Shown: positions 1-13,943, counted from the stretch's first letter. The stretch: DNA of 64,000 bases from Octopus sinensis (GCF_006345805.1 NC_043002.1:22320001-22384000), one strand, 5' to 3'. Notes: generated from the sequence alone by a model not told the origin. A program made the numbers and translations.

Positions 1-131
1 GCACACACTTGCACACGCACGCATGCACACGCTCACACGTCTGTGTATATATGTATATATATATATAGTGTGTGTGTATGTATATATGTATATTATATAT
101 ATAAAATATATAATATATTATATATATATAT

Positions 132-168
<37 letters not shown>

Positions 169-292
169 CGAGTGAAAGATAGAGAGAAGAGAAAAAAAGC
201 GACATAGAGGGAGTGCGAGAGACGGGGAGAGAAATATAGATTTATTAAATGCCATTCAAAATAAATACTTGATTATTAAACATCTTCTCCGC

Positions 293-341
<49 letters not shown>

Positions 342-794
342 ATATAATTATATATATATATATATACATATATACATGTATACATGCATACGTATGTATA
401 TGTATGTTGTTGTATACACACGCAGATATATATATATATATATATATACGTGTACATTATACATATACATATATACTTTTATACATAAACATATGCATGT
501 ATAGGTTTGAATTTATACATGTATCGATACATATATGTGTGTTTGTGTGCGCACTTCCAATACCAGGAAAAATATGCCCTTCCTATAGGGGCGAAAACAT
601 TCAATTTTTCACGGGTTTGACTAGTTTGATACCCAATATATTAGAGAAAAACTTTTTTCACAATTCGAATGAGCGTAAATGCAATATACAAAATTGAAAA
701 GAAAACGAAGGTTTACGATTGACATATTTTAATTTGTTATCATAATATTATATCATTATTATAATATGATATGATTTAAATATAAATATTATAA

Positions 795-880
795 TCCTAC
801 GATTATTTCGATTCAGACCCAATAATAAATTTATAAAATTTCACGATTTTGAAAATTTGGGGTAAGAATCTCATCAGGGA
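795..880 (-). ncRNA. Decayed hammerhead motif with long stem II insertion
   Basis: Minus strand tcc-CTGATGA-gattc-tt-accc...gggt-ct-gaatc-GAAAT-aatc-GTA-gga. GAAATAATCGTA is explained as CpG decay of a palindromic GAAACGATCGTA (inference). Confidence 0.5.
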
Positions 881-973
881 AATATTTGACAAAAATTACA
901 TATGAGGAGTTTTAGATTCTAAAACAGACTGAATTAAATATGTTTATGTTTGTACGCATGACCGTCAAATATT

Positions 974-1008
<35 letters not shown>

Positions 1009-1102
1009 ATCCAAATAAGAAAGCACAAAAGAATACAACAACGCGTGGACGTGGAATAAATGTAGTATTATTGAACGCTCAGGAAAGAAGGAAAGAAGGA
1101 GG

Positions 1103-1137
1103 GTTTAATGTTTCGAGCGGAGTTCTTCGTCGGAAAC
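1103..1137 (-). ncRNA. Degenerate minimal hammerhead (same family as 27653-27687)
   Basis: Minus strand gttt-CCGACGA-agaactccgctc-GAAAC-ATT-aaac; the flanking ~200 bp (1003-1212) is homologous to 27575-27795. Confidence 0.6.
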
Positions 1138-1211
1138 ATAGGAGAAGGAAAGATCCAGAGAAGGGAAGACAGAGGAAAAAAATCGCCATTGGTACACACT
1201 CGGTCACATTT

Positions 1212-1250
<39 letters not shown>

Positions 1251-1251
<1 letters not shown>

Positions 1252-1387
1252 TGCATGTTACCATTTTAGGTATTAGATGTGTGCGTGTGTGCGTATGTGT
1301 GTATGTGTTTGTGGGCGCGCGCGTGTGTAAATGAAAAGAGAATGGAGATTTACGATTGACATATTTCAGTTTATTAACATAATATTA

Positions 1388-1426
<39 letters not shown>

Positions 1427-1478
1427 CATAGTACACGCACGCACACTCACATCTAATACCTAAAATGGTAACGTGCAG
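1251..1478. mobile_element. Short fold-back element with ~48-bp terminal inverted repeats, flanked by TA
   Basis: ctgcatgttaccattttaggtattagatgtg at 1251 is the reverse complement of cacatctaatacctaaaatggtaacgtgcag ending at 1478; internal 1326-1400 is homologous to ~690-770. Confidence 0.7.
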
Positions 1479-1963
1479 TATTTCTGTTTCCCTTCCACTA
1501 TCATTTCATTTGTCGCAAACTTTTGTCACAGATCTACAGCCTTTTCCATGAAATTTCCGTAAGAATTTCTTTCACCATTTAGAGTCTTTGATACATTGTT
1601 ACAGAACAGTTTATAGAAACACAAAAGGATGAAGCAGAAAAAATGAAAAAAAGGAAGAACTAGATATTCAACAATTAACACAACACATGTACATATCATA
1701 AAGAAATACACATTGCGATAGATACGTTTCTTTACGTTATTTTTTTGTTTTTCGTATGTGTATGTGATGTTTTTACTGACAGAGCTCTAAAACCAGTTAT
1801 ACGGTTGTATATCTTCTGTTTTCTTCATTGGCAGGAAAGCGAGGATATTATTAGAAATATCTTACAAATATTTTGGTATAGTTCTGTCTTTGATATACCG
1901 CCAGCATGCAATGCGATATAATAATATAATACAAATGTATATATGTATATGCAAGTACGCCTT

Positions 1964-2010
<47 letters not shown>

Positions 2011-2276
2011 CCTTTTGCTGTCCTGGTGTCCGTATGCATTCGATCCTTCTTCCAGGAAATCTACGCTCCCAGCTTAGTTTTTCTAATGCTCGTTGCTTAG
2101 TTTTTCTTGGAGGGCTGGCCGATCTAGTAATCTCAAGATTAATCAGCCGAAATTACTACGATGATCCGGTCTTGACTGAAGACTGAGGGTTTCGAATGTC
2201 CTGTCCGTGTTTATTGTATCGTCTTCTTGAGTTATACGTTCTTGTCCATTTGTATTTTTCTACATACCTAACTATA

Positions 2277-2315
<39 letters not shown>

Positions 2316-2569
2316 TACATGAATACGGTATAGAATTATCTGTTAAGTCATGAGTTGATGCTGAAATACTTAGATACTATAGATGTAGTTTCGTAGATAT
2401 GCGTGTATGCCTAATCAAACAGGTATTAGCGTCGATGCCTTACTTGGTTGGGAATACGATAAGTTTAAAATATTAGTGTCCTGAAATGTCTTTACCGGCA
2501 TGTGTTTTTTTTATGAATTCTGATGAAATTAGTATTAATTGTGGAAGCTTCTAAAAAGAACCGTTAATA

Positions 2570-2790
2570 TCTGGATGTAAAGTTGTAGCACCAGTACAGT
2601 ATAAATCACCATATGACAGAATAGGCCAATATCTACATGAATTGATGTGTCGGTATTATAAAATCAAAACTGTTAGTAATTGGGATAAGCATCCCTCTGA
2701 GGCTGTAACTAGGTAGAAAATGCCAAAATTCTTTGAGAATTTCCAGTGCATAGCGAATATCAACATAAGACTATGGCACTGTAACTGCCG
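2570..2790 (+). mobile_element. R4/Dong-like LINE fragment (CCHC region preceding the RLE)
   Basis: Translation ISGCKVVAPVQYKSPYDRIGQYLHELMCRYYKIKTVSNWDKHPSEAVT resembles the HIxSGC...Y..RHDxV...LHW motif of RLE LINEs. Confidence 0.6.
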
Positions 2791-2885
2791 CCTTACTAAC
2801 AAAAGGAATCTCTGTATGGCTGGTCAATCTGTTCGAAATAACAGACCAAAACAAAAAAAATGGAGGCAGGATTTTATTCACTCCT

Positions 2886-3145
2886 TCTTTTACTTGTTTC
2901 AGTGATTTGGTTGCGGCCATGCTGGAGTACTGCCTTTAGTCGAACAAATCAACCCCAGGACTTATTCTTTGTAATCCTAGTGCTTATTCTATCGATCTCT
3001 TTTGCCGAACCACTAGATTACGGTGACGTAAACACACCATCAGCTGTTGTCAAGCGATGGTGGTGAGAGACAAGCACAGATACACAAATCCATACACACA
3101 TGCATACGTACATACATACATACATACATACATACATACATACAT

Positions 3146-3198
<53 letters not shown>

Positions 3199-3264
3199 CA
3201 TACATACATACATACATACATACATACATAAATATATACGGAAACTTTGGAAAGAGGGCTGTCG

Positions 3265-3295
<31 letters not shown>

Positions 3296-3450
3296 CGACG
3301 GTCCTCTTTCCAAAGTTTCCGTCTACCAAATCAACTCAGGTTTTGGTCAGCACAAGGCTATAGTAGAAGACACTTGGCCAAGGTGCCACGCAGTGGGACT
3401 GAACCCAGAGCGATGTGGTTAGGGAGCAAGCTTCTTACCACACAGCCACG
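2886..3450 (-). mobile_element. CORE-type SINE with an expanded internal microsatellite and a local inverted duplication
   Basis: Reverse complement of the 48819-49204 family along its length. Confidence 0.85.
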
Positions 3451-3559
3451 AATATCTCTAACTAGAGTTCAAGTACAGTTATGCCATGGCATGTCGAAGG
3501 TCTTTCGCATTCAGAACTGACCTGGGTCTGGTTAAGGAACTACATCGCCACCACTGCAT

Positions 3560-5300
3560 ATTCTACGACTACAGCTACTACCAAACATAACCGCCGCCAC
3601 CACTACCACCACTACCATTACAACTATCACCACCACCATTACTACCAACACTATCACCAACACTATCACCACCATCACCATCACCACTGCTACCGCCATA
3701 ACCATTTTCACCACCACCACCACCACTACTATCACCATCTCCACCATCACCATTGCTACCACCACTATCACCACCACTACCAGTACCACCACCACCACCA
3801 CCATCACTACCACCACTATCACCTCAACCATCTTTACCATCAACATGACCTCCACAACCATCATCACCAACACCACTAACACCACCGCCATCACCATCAT
3901 CGTCTCTATCACTAAAACCACCACCATCACCACCACCACCACCACCGCCGCCGCCCTCTCTATCTGTAGTGCAAGCAACAGCAACAGCACCACCATAACC
4001 ATTACTACCACCACCACTACCACCACCGTCTCTGTTACTAGCACCAGCACCAGCACTAGCCCCACCACCACCACCGACACCACCGTCTCTATCACCACCA
4101 GCAGCACCAGCAACAGCACCAGCAACAGCACCAGCAACAGCTCCAGCAACAGCTCCAGCACCAACACCACCACCACCACCACCACCGTCTCTGTTACTAG
4201 CACCACCACCACCACTACAAGTAGGGTAGCAACCATTACTGCTTGCTTCCAGGTAAAGATCAAATGAACCACAAAATAAGAAAAGCAAAAAGGTAAACCA
4301 GCAAACATTTCGCAGACAATCACCTCACTCAACACCTGTGGGTAAACACTGGCATGGAGAGGAATGTTAAGGGGTCCCTAATGTAAATATTGAAAACAAG
4401 GGACCACTGGATGAGGGGCTTTAAACTCCCTGTATAAGCATTTTTAAATAGCATAGTCAATAGGAACCTCCATATTTGCCTCAGCCGCCACCGCAGCCGT
4501 TGCCACAACCACCACCGCCATTACTACTACCAACAATAGTGGCACCACCGCCAGAACTAATAACCATACCACCACCAACATCATCATGACCACCGCCAAT
4601 GCCACCATAACCACTAACACGACGGCGACGATGACCACCACCACCACCACCACTGCCTTCACCATTGGAAGATAGAAAACTATTTGGCTAAATCTGAGAT
4701 GTAGATGATGATGATGATGACAACGACGACGATGATGAAGGTGGTGGTGGTATTGGTGGTGGCGGTGGCGGTGGTAATGATGATGGTGGTGATGATGACA
4801 AAGTGTTGCTGGTGACAGTAGTAGTGCTGGTGGTGTTAGTTGAGGTGGTGAAGGTGATGGTGTTGATGGTGGTGGTGGTGGTGGCGCTACTGCTGGTGAG
4901 GGTGTTGTTTGTGTGTGTAGATGGTAGCGGTGATGATGTTGTTGTTAGTGGTGGTGGTGGTTGTGGTAGTGGTTGTGGTGGTGGTGGTGGTGGTGGTGGA
5001 TGTCGACTGGGGCCGGTGGACGGGAGTTCTTGTTGACGTTAGAAGACGAAGAAGGTAAACAAAACGATGTACAACAGGAATCTATTGATTGTGTTTCAAT
5101 AAGGGAAGCTGGTATGTTGTTAGTATTGGCTCTTGAAATTTTGTGCTCAGGTTTTTTATTGTTTCTCTTGTAGTTGTTGTTGCTGTGGCTGCTGTCCTTG
5201 TAGTTGTTGTAGTCGTAGTTACAGTAGTGGTCGTGTTTGTAGTGTCTGGTCAACACGAAATAACTACAACACAAACAACAAAACTATGCAATTTAACCAC
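3560..5300. repeat. Composite trinucleotide low-complexity block (CAC/CAT-rich, then GGT/GAT-rich)
   Basis: Degenerate (CAC)n/(CAT)n at 3560-4670 switching to (GGT)n/(TGT)n at 4700-5270. Confidence 0.9.
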
Positions 5301-5899
5301 TCTGTTGTAAAGAATGTGTTAATGTGTACAACTAAACAGCTTGAAGAATTAGATAAAACACCAGCAGCAGCAACACCAGCAGCAGCAACAACAGCAGCTC
5401 TAGGAGCAGCGGTAGTAGAAGTAGCAGCAGTCACAATATTAATATAGCTGCGGCCACAGTTTCTATACAATTTTTAGACCTACTAGAAATGTCAGCCAAA
5501 ATTTCCCTCCAACCACACACTCGCACACATTGTAGTCTTATAAAAGGGCATATTGAAGAAAGTATGTATGTAAAATCCCCAAAAGAAGTTGTTGAGTTAT
5601 GTAGGATCTTCAAAAGTTGCTTGGAGAGAGGAATTTATGTCAAATTTTATTTCCTGTCTTGATTTTGGCGGATCAAATGCAAAAAAAAAAAAAGGGTTGG
5701 TGCTTGGCGCCATAAGACAACCAAAAGTGCAATATATAAGTTCAAGGGGAATAACTATACCGCATCGTCCGTTACGCGGGTTTGCAAGCGACGCGTTCGG
5801 ATCTTAGGTGGAAAGGTTCCTTCGAAAAATTTGTTGCAGTCTCCTCTTAATGCCCGTACAACCAGAAATAATCCTGCAACTTGTTCTGAGATGTGTGGA

Positions 5900-7480
5900 G
5901 TGGAAGCATAAAGGATGCATGACCCGGACAATCTTTAATACCTTTGAATCGGAATGTCACAATTCTTACGAGTAAAGTGCAAGAACTCGTGGAAGTGGTC
6001 AAATGCTACCGGTTAAAATACAATCGGTGTCACCTTTACAAAGGTCCGTACATCTGGATGGGGAGCAAAATCTTCCCTCTTCCGGTATGGTCTGAACTAT
6101 ATCTGCACTGGCCAGATTGGGGATATTCAGAAGCATGCCCGGTAAGTTCAACGTTATCAATTCACCGCAAGGAAATCTGATCGTCATCAATTCACCGTTT
6201 TCTTTTTCAATAAAATAATTTTATCTATTAATGGAGAGAATTGTTGTTTGTTCCTACTCGAGCCATGCTTGGCTCATAAGGCCGGTTTCCCGGTTTCCTT
6301 GGCGTATAGGTTCCCTACCTGGACGTGACACCGGTCCGTCGCAGGTGAGCAGCAAGATGCAGGAGGAAAGAGTGAGAGAAAGTTGTGGCGAAAGAATCTG
6401 CAGAAGTTCGCCATTACCTCCTGCCGGAACCGCGTGGAGCTTAGGTGTTTCGCTCATAAACACACACATCCCCCGGTCTGAGATTCGAATCCGCGATTCC
6501 TCGACCGCGAGTCCGCTTCTCTAACTACTAAGCCATGTGCCTCCACATTAATGGAAAGATACTATGGATATATATTCTCGATAAACTTTCCTCACGGTGA
6601 AGTGATGGTGATGAAATTTCCCAGCGATGAACTCATTGCGGTGAACTTACCAGCAGGTGGGTGCATTTGCCACTTGAAGTTTAAGCTGAACGAAGGCCGC
6701 CGTGGCTGTTGCAAATATATGTAACAAACAGCGAGGCCAAATACAAACCATTCTTTCACGAGGCCACTGCCGCTTCAAATGTAGTTATAATGAGTCACTT
6801 GGCTAATCAGGTGATTTCCAGCATGCACTGAAGGGGATCGCTGTTGAGGGATGGGAATTACTGTTGCGAAGACTGAAACATGGGTCATCTCAAGAAACTC
6901 GTCTCATTACACCCTGCATGTTACATGAACATCACCGGGAAAGTGAAGAAATTGAAGTATCTCGAGGCCGAATTCACGAGTGATGGAAGGCAGGAGGTTG
7001 AACTAGATGTGAGAACCGCAGGTGCTAGCACAGTAATATGGCAGACCTAGCAGAAGAGGAAAGGTCAGTATAAAGGCTAAACTCGCTATCTTCATTCCAT
7101 TTTTTTATGCTCATCCTCACCTGTAATCATGAATTTTGGGTATTGACAGAAAAAATATAATCACGAATACATGTAGCAGAAATGGTGTTCCTGCTAACGA
7201 CGTCAGGTTGCGTAGCTTGGAGATTAGAGAGTCTCTCCAGCTCAAAACGCTGCTTCTTGGCGTTTAGAAATCACAGCTCTGGTCCTACAGAAAGTATCTC
7301 AAAACAGATTCTTCAAGCCAAGCCAACCGGCAGAAGGCCTAGGGTTAGACAAACAATGCGACAATATTTTCAGCTGGCCACGCTTGGGAGTCTATGTGAA
7401 AAATCTAAGAAAGGTTGTTTCTGATGGGACTTTATGGAGGAGGCGCCTAAGGGTTCTACCCCAACGGCACTCTAGGAATA
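5900..7480 (+). mobile_element. Fragmented RTE-clade (Rex3/Expander-like) LINE interrupted by a SINE
   Basis: NVTILTSKVQELVEVVKCYRL (APE N-terminus); LKYLEAEFTSDGRQEVELDVRTAGASTV; SRIHVAEMVFL; QILQAKPTGRRPR (RTE C-terminus); many stops and deletions. Confidence 0.75.
6241..6546 (-). mobile_element. tRNA-derived SINE (same subfamily as 16780-17082) with a ~13-bp TSD
   Basis: Reverse complement of 16780-17082; flanks attaatggagaga / attaatggaaaga. Confidence 0.88.
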
Positions 7481-8842
7481 GTGGGTAGAAAATGGATGAA
7501 GGGAATAGAAAAAAAAAATCATTTGGCGACTGCCAACAAGCCCGAGATATTAGTTCAGAGTTATAATTCTGATCCCATATGATGTGAAGTGTATGAAATA
7601 TTATCTGTCTATATGCCGTCGTATGAAATATTATCTGTCTATATATCCGTTGTTGAAATTTCTGGTTGCACTAAGCAGTGTCTAGTTACCAGATATATCT
7701 TGCTAAGTTCCTATATCGACCAATTCTGAAGAATAGATACAGCACAGGAGCCAGCTATAGATTTGTTGTAGGTTAATGGTTCTGATGAGCATATTTTCAT
7801 TCCACACTTGAGGTTTTCAAATCTGGGTTTTTCTTGTTAAAGAACGCATTCTAATTGACATTCTCGACATATTTGTTCGACATATTTGTAGCTCTCATCC
7901 GAATATGAAATTTGTATCGTTAAGAAGTTCATGTGCGCAAGATTTTCCTCGTCTTACCATGAAAAAGGCATATTTCGCCTGACCAAATTTCTTTCAAAGT
8001 CTGTCAAATGTTGGATAATGAGATATTATTGAAGTTTTATGCACTTAATACATACCGTGTTTTGTGAGTAGATATGATGACAGCTTAAAACGGGAGTAAA
8101 GAACAGTACTAACTTACTGTAGTTCTGTAGGATATCTTTTCCATAATGTATGACGTCAAATATAATGGATTTGTTCCCCACCAACAGAAATGAGGTGATA
8201 AACAATGTCTTGGATTGATATTGAGTAGCAGCTACAAGTTACTGTGGAACATTGATTGACTGAAACACTTTTGTAATCTACCATACTGTTTACTATCAAA
8301 AAGTTTCTCATTGTTCATCCACGTAACGGCTAAGCTCCTGAATTAATTACTAACTGCTTTATAAAACCGTACACTTCTTTGCTCTCTCCCCAAAACACTT
8401 GCTCAAGTAGTATAATATACTTAGCGACACAATGGTCTTATACAAACAAACTGAGGTCCCTAGTTTATATTTCATACATGATATTCTGATAGGTTACTGA
8501 GCGGTATATCTTAACTATTCGTGGATAGGTTTTTCTCTGTTGAGGAGAATGGTGGTAACTGGCAGTAATGTCAATTACCACCGTTCTCATTTGATCATGT
8601 CAAATATATTCCTTTTGCCCTTTCTATACAGTGTCACAAAACCTCAGTGATTAAAGTTAAGATTCTAGAAACAATATCATTTTATAAAATCGATGTTTAA
8701 GGATATTGTGCTTGTTATTTTCTTTAAGTCTGTTTCCGTTTTGCTATCAGTTTTTCATATTATATTTGTTGAATATGTTTATACGAGCTTCGTTCAAGTT
8801 CCACTATCAATGCATTTCCGTTTTAAATTTATCATCTGTTAT

Positions 8843-8879
<37 letters not shown>

Positions 8880-9074
8880 TCAAGTACATATACATATACA
8901 CAAGTGCACATATCAACAGTACACGCAGAAACATACATTTACACACATATACACATATATGTACGTATGAATGTATGCACAGTTGTATATATGTATGCAT
9001 TCATGCATGTATGTATGCATGTATGTATGCATGTATGTATGTATGCATGTATGTATGTATGCATGTATGTATGT

Positions 9075-9635
9075 ATGTATGTCATTATTCAGTTTTATTT
9101 CAAGATTTCTTGCCAGTAGAGAAAGATTCGGTTTCTAACCTAGATCCAATGCTCCTTCATTAGGGTGTTTTTTGTATGAATGCATATGTGCAGTTTTGTA
9201 TATTTTGTTTTATGTTTACTTTCTCATGCATATGTATGTATATCTCTTTTATTTTTTAATTATTATAAATCTTCCACTGAGGAGGGAGCCGGTTTCCAAC
9301 AAAGATATAAGGCTCCATCTTTGGAATGTAGTTAACTCAGACAAATTTACATTTGGAACTTGAGGAAAGTCTTCCATATTTTTACTATTCCACTCACAGA
9401 TTGCACTTGTACGAATTAGCCGATCGTTTTCTCTTACTGAAAATCCTAGTTTATCCAGATTCTCCTTTATGTATGTATGTATGTATGTATGTATGTATGT
9501 ATGTATGTATGTATGTATGTATGTATGTATGTATGTATGTATGTATTTATATATATATATATATGTTTGTATGCATGTATGCATGTATGTATGTATGCAT
9601 GTATGTATGTATATATATATATGTATGTATGTATA

Positions 9636-9684
<49 letters not shown>

Positions 9685-10825
9685 GGATGTATGTATGTAT
9701 TGCCTTTGAAAGGGATCTAAACTTTCGTCAAACGGAATATTCAACCGGTGTCTACCTTTAGCATAGATACTCTATCATTAAAAATTCTGTTGCTAATCTT
9801 AAAATTCCCGTAAAATATCAACCTTCCAAATAACTCTCACACGCACACACAACCAAACGCATGCACACACAAAGAAATACACACGCACATATATGGGCGC
9901 GTGTGTGTATGAGTATGTGCGTGGATATGTTTGGGTCTGTGAGTGCGTGTATTCGTGTGACTATGTGTCTATGTACATGCATACAGGTGTGTATGGTCGT
10001 GAAAATGTGAATGATGATGACGCTGATGATAAAATAGGTACCCATTTATAATTATGTTACGTACATACGTTCCTATGTATGTATGTATGTATGTATGTAT
10101 GTATGTATGTATGTATGTATGTATGGATGGATGTATGCATTTATGTATGTATGAATGTATGTATGTATGCATGCATGTATGTATGTATGCATGTATGTAT
10201 GTATGTATGTCATTATTCAGTTTTATTTCAAGATTCTTGCCAGTAGAGAAAGATTCAGTTTCTAACCTAAATCCAAGGCTCCTTCATTAGGGTGTTTTTT
10301 GTATGAATGCATATGTGCAGATTTGTATATTTTGTTTTGTGATACCTTCTCATGCATATGTATGTATATCTCTTCTATTTTTTAATTATTATAAATCTTC
10401 CACTGAGGAGGGAACCGGTTTCCAACAAAGATATAAGGCTCCATCTTTGGGATGTAGTTAACTCAGACAAATTTACATTTGGAACTTGAGGAAAGTCTTG
10501 CATATTTTTACTGTTCCACTCACAGATTGCACTTGTACGAATTAGCCGATCATTTTCTCTTACTGAAAATCCCAGTTTATCCAGGTTCCCCTTTGTATGT
10601 ATGTATGTATATATGTATGTATGTATGTATGTATGGTATGTATGTATGTATGTATGAAGTATGTATGTATGTATGTATGTTGTATGTAATGTATGTATGT
10701 ATGTATGTATGTATGTATGATGTGTATGTATGTATGTATGTTATATATATAGATATATGTTTGTATGCATGATGCATGTATGTATATGCATGTATGTATG
10801 TATATTATATATGTATGTATGTATA

Positions 10826-10861
<36 letters not shown>

Positions 10862-11410
10862 TGTATTGTATGTAAGGATGCTATGTATGTATTGCCTTTG
10901 AAAGGGATCTAAACTTTCGTCAAACGGAATATTCAACCGTGTTCTACCTTTAGCATAGATACTCTATCATTAAAAATTCTGTTGCTAATCTTAAAATTCC
11001 CGTAAAATATCAACCTTCCAAATAACTCTCACACGCACACAACAACCCAAACGCATGCCACACAAAGAAATACACACGCACATATAGATGGGCGCGTGTT
11101 TGTATGAGTATGTTCGTGGATATGTTTGGGTCTGTGAGTGCGGTATTCGTGTGACTATGTGTCTATGTACATGCATAAGTGTGTATGGTCGTGAAAATGT
11201 GAATGATGATGACGCTGATGATGATAAAATAGGTACCCATTTATAATTATGTGTACGTACATACGTTCCTATGTATGTATGTATGTATGTATGTATGTAT
11301 GTATGTATGTATGTATGTATGGATGGATGTATGCATTTATGTATGTATGAATGTATGTATGTATGCATGCATGTATGTATGTATGTATGTATGCATTTAT
11401 GTATGTATAT
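9075..11410. repeat. ~1.13-kb direct tandem duplication (two copies)
   Basis: gtcattattcagttttatttcaag at 9081 and 10209; the same order of unique blocks follows in both copies; boundaries lie in (TATG)n. Confidence 0.92.
9083..9830 (-). mobile_element. Stack of three R4/Dong-like LINE 3' ends in (TATG)n tracts (9083-9232, 9243-9468, ~9701-9830)
   Basis: 9083-9170 is homologous to the 3' UTR at 30920-31014; 9243-9468 encodes KENLDKLGFSVRENDRLIRT, similar to the RLE C-terminus; all three share a gtt(a/g)gaaaccgg-like motif and the same orientation. The third is assigned only by that motif. Confidence 0.65.
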
Positions 11411-11511
11411 GAATGCGAGTGCGCGCGCGCGTGTGTGCGGATGTGTGTTGTATTTATATACTCCTTTCATAGTAAAGCGCTGCTGAAGAGATATAAGGTG
11501 TGTGTGTGTGT

Positions 11512-11558
<47 letters not shown>

Positions 11559-12107
11559 TGTGTGTGTATGAGGGAGACGGAGTGTTACTTCAGCAGCAGT
11601 TGTGAGAGGAGAGGTAAGAGGAGAGGTGTGAAGGTGTGAAACGTATTAACACGTTCGTGACAACGCATTGATCACATTGTAGGTCACGTGTGTAAAAGAA
11701 TGTTCCGGAAGTCTCACAGTTGTAATCTTCGTGAAAACATCCGGTTTACAATACTGTGCTAAATGGCAGCCTTCGATTGATTCATTATGTATGCTGCGCA
11801 CTAACGCACACACACACACACTCTCTCTTTCTCCCTCTCTCTCATCCACACACACGCACGTACACACAACATATATATATATTTGTACTTGTGTAAGGTG
11901 TTTGTATATTATATATGTGTACGTATGAGTGTGTGTGATTGCGTGTGTGTGCATGTGTATTACATACAGAAAGACACGCATTCGCATATATACATGCATA
12001 AATGCATATATACATATGCATACATGTGCCATGTATACAATCTCAAGGAAATGCTTACACAAAATCTACAGGTATATAAATGTATTCACACATACAAATA
12101 TGTAAGC

Positions 12108-12145
<38 letters not shown>

Positions 12146-12579
12146 AGTTACACTTACATACGATGACACACATGCATATATATATATATAGTTGAGCACT
12201 GAAACATACAAACACACACATTTATCTACAAATACACACGTACATAGACACGCATATTTGCTAACATACACATGCATATTCACAAACACATTAGTAAAAT
12301 AGTACACCTACATACATAGAAAGATATATAAATACTATAGAGATATACTACTTACTTCAGACATACTGACACATACACGCGCACGCTCACACACACGCAC
12401 ACACATACAATACAGTGATGCTCTCACACAGAGAGAAAGAGACAAATATATACACGTATATTTACATATATATATCTATATAACAGTATATTTAGACAAG
12501 ATTGCATATTCTTCCGCACATAAAGCTATTAATATACAAATTTGAAAGCTAAAGTAACATGCTACACACACATGTACGT

Positions 12580-13045
12580 ACCGTAAATCCTCGAGTATAA
12601 ACCGCATTTTTTTCCCAAAATTTAAAGGTCAAAATCCCTAGTGCGTATTATACGCGTGGTTAAAAGTGAAAATTATTTTCTAACCAATGTTCGAGTCTCT
12701 ATTTGCAGTATGGCAATGTTTATTCAGACGAGTTTTGTGATGTCGAGCGCGAAAATACCTTAAGCTAAGCCTGAAAGCAATGAAGTCATAAAAGAATCAT
12801 CCATAACATGCAGTAAGCAACATTTATTAAACGTTATTACTGTAATTACTGTTATTTCTTTATTTTCTGCAAACAAAATGCACAAAAAAGCTACACGTTT
12901 GTATTATGTTATATATACAATAATAATAAAGGACGTTACCGTATACATTTTTACAAACCAAGGACGTTATATAGACCTCCTTGACTCAAGTTAGAGAAGG
13001 GGTGCGTATTATACACAAGGTTTAGGTTTTTCAGAGGTACAGCTG
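12580..13045 (+). mobile_element. Non-autonomous Tc2/pogo-like DNA element, right end truncated
   Basis: Begins TA-ccgtaaatcctcgagtataaaccgca (CCGTA-type terminus) with repeated subterminal gtgcgtattatac motifs at ~12640 and ~13003; no matching right TIR is present. Confidence 0.55.
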
Positions 13046-13943
13046 TACCAATCACTGGGATTACAGTTAACTGCCCGGTAGAATAAAGCCCTATTATATG
13101 GAAGAGGAACAACATTAAGTTGAAATAGTCATCTGTGTAACATACTCAATGTAAATACAAGGTGAAAAGGCAAATTCAAAGCCTTCATCGGGCTATATTA
13201 AACGTGAATCTGCACGTGTATGAACATGCCTATCCGAAATGTTTGTATACGCAATAAATCGTTATATCATAATAAAAAAGGGCGGATAGAATATAGGTGA
13301 TATTTGTTACTTTGTTGAAAATATAAGAATTCTAGAAATTCGTAGGATCGGTTTTTTTTTCTCTGTTAACTGCAAAATAAAAACCTATGGAGCAGCCATT
13401 TTGAAAATTTTTCTACAGCAAGATTTGGAAATTTCTCACTCTTGTCTTTCAATTGCCGAGCTATTAACGGCCTGTGAAGGAAAAGAAATCAAAAATAAAT
13501 AAACACACGAGTAAATGAATATAATGCATACATTCCATGAATGTCTTTTCGACTGCAATCATTTTCCATGTATAAGAAAACGTCTTCCTCCGTGAAATGC
13601 TCGATTTAGTTTGATTTATTTGCCTCATGTGATGCTATCCTGACGATTTTTAATAAGAATGACATGGTGCCATACATTATTACCCATGGCAGGAAATTTT
13701 AAGACCTTTGCAACGAACAATAAAAAAAATTAAATATGTATATTCTGTGGATCTTTTTCATTGCTCTTCGTTTAAAACTTTCAACCATGATTGTCCTAGA
13801 AGTGATTATCTCCCTTCAGAAAACTTGCCGCCGTGGCACGGCACGCTTTAAAGTTTTATTTAAAATATATCTCGTTCAGAGATTTATTATTGCTTAAAAA
13901 TATATCGTTACCTTTTAAATATCTCCAAACAGTGTGTAGTGCA

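Noticed and set aside
3845-4267. Thr/Ser-rich mucin-like ORF with a CAG|GTAAAG donor-like site near 4250
   Set aside because: It is derived from degenerate CAC/CAG repeats, overlapping frames are equally open, and there is no acceptor or signal-peptide exon. RNA-seq would be needed to reconsider.
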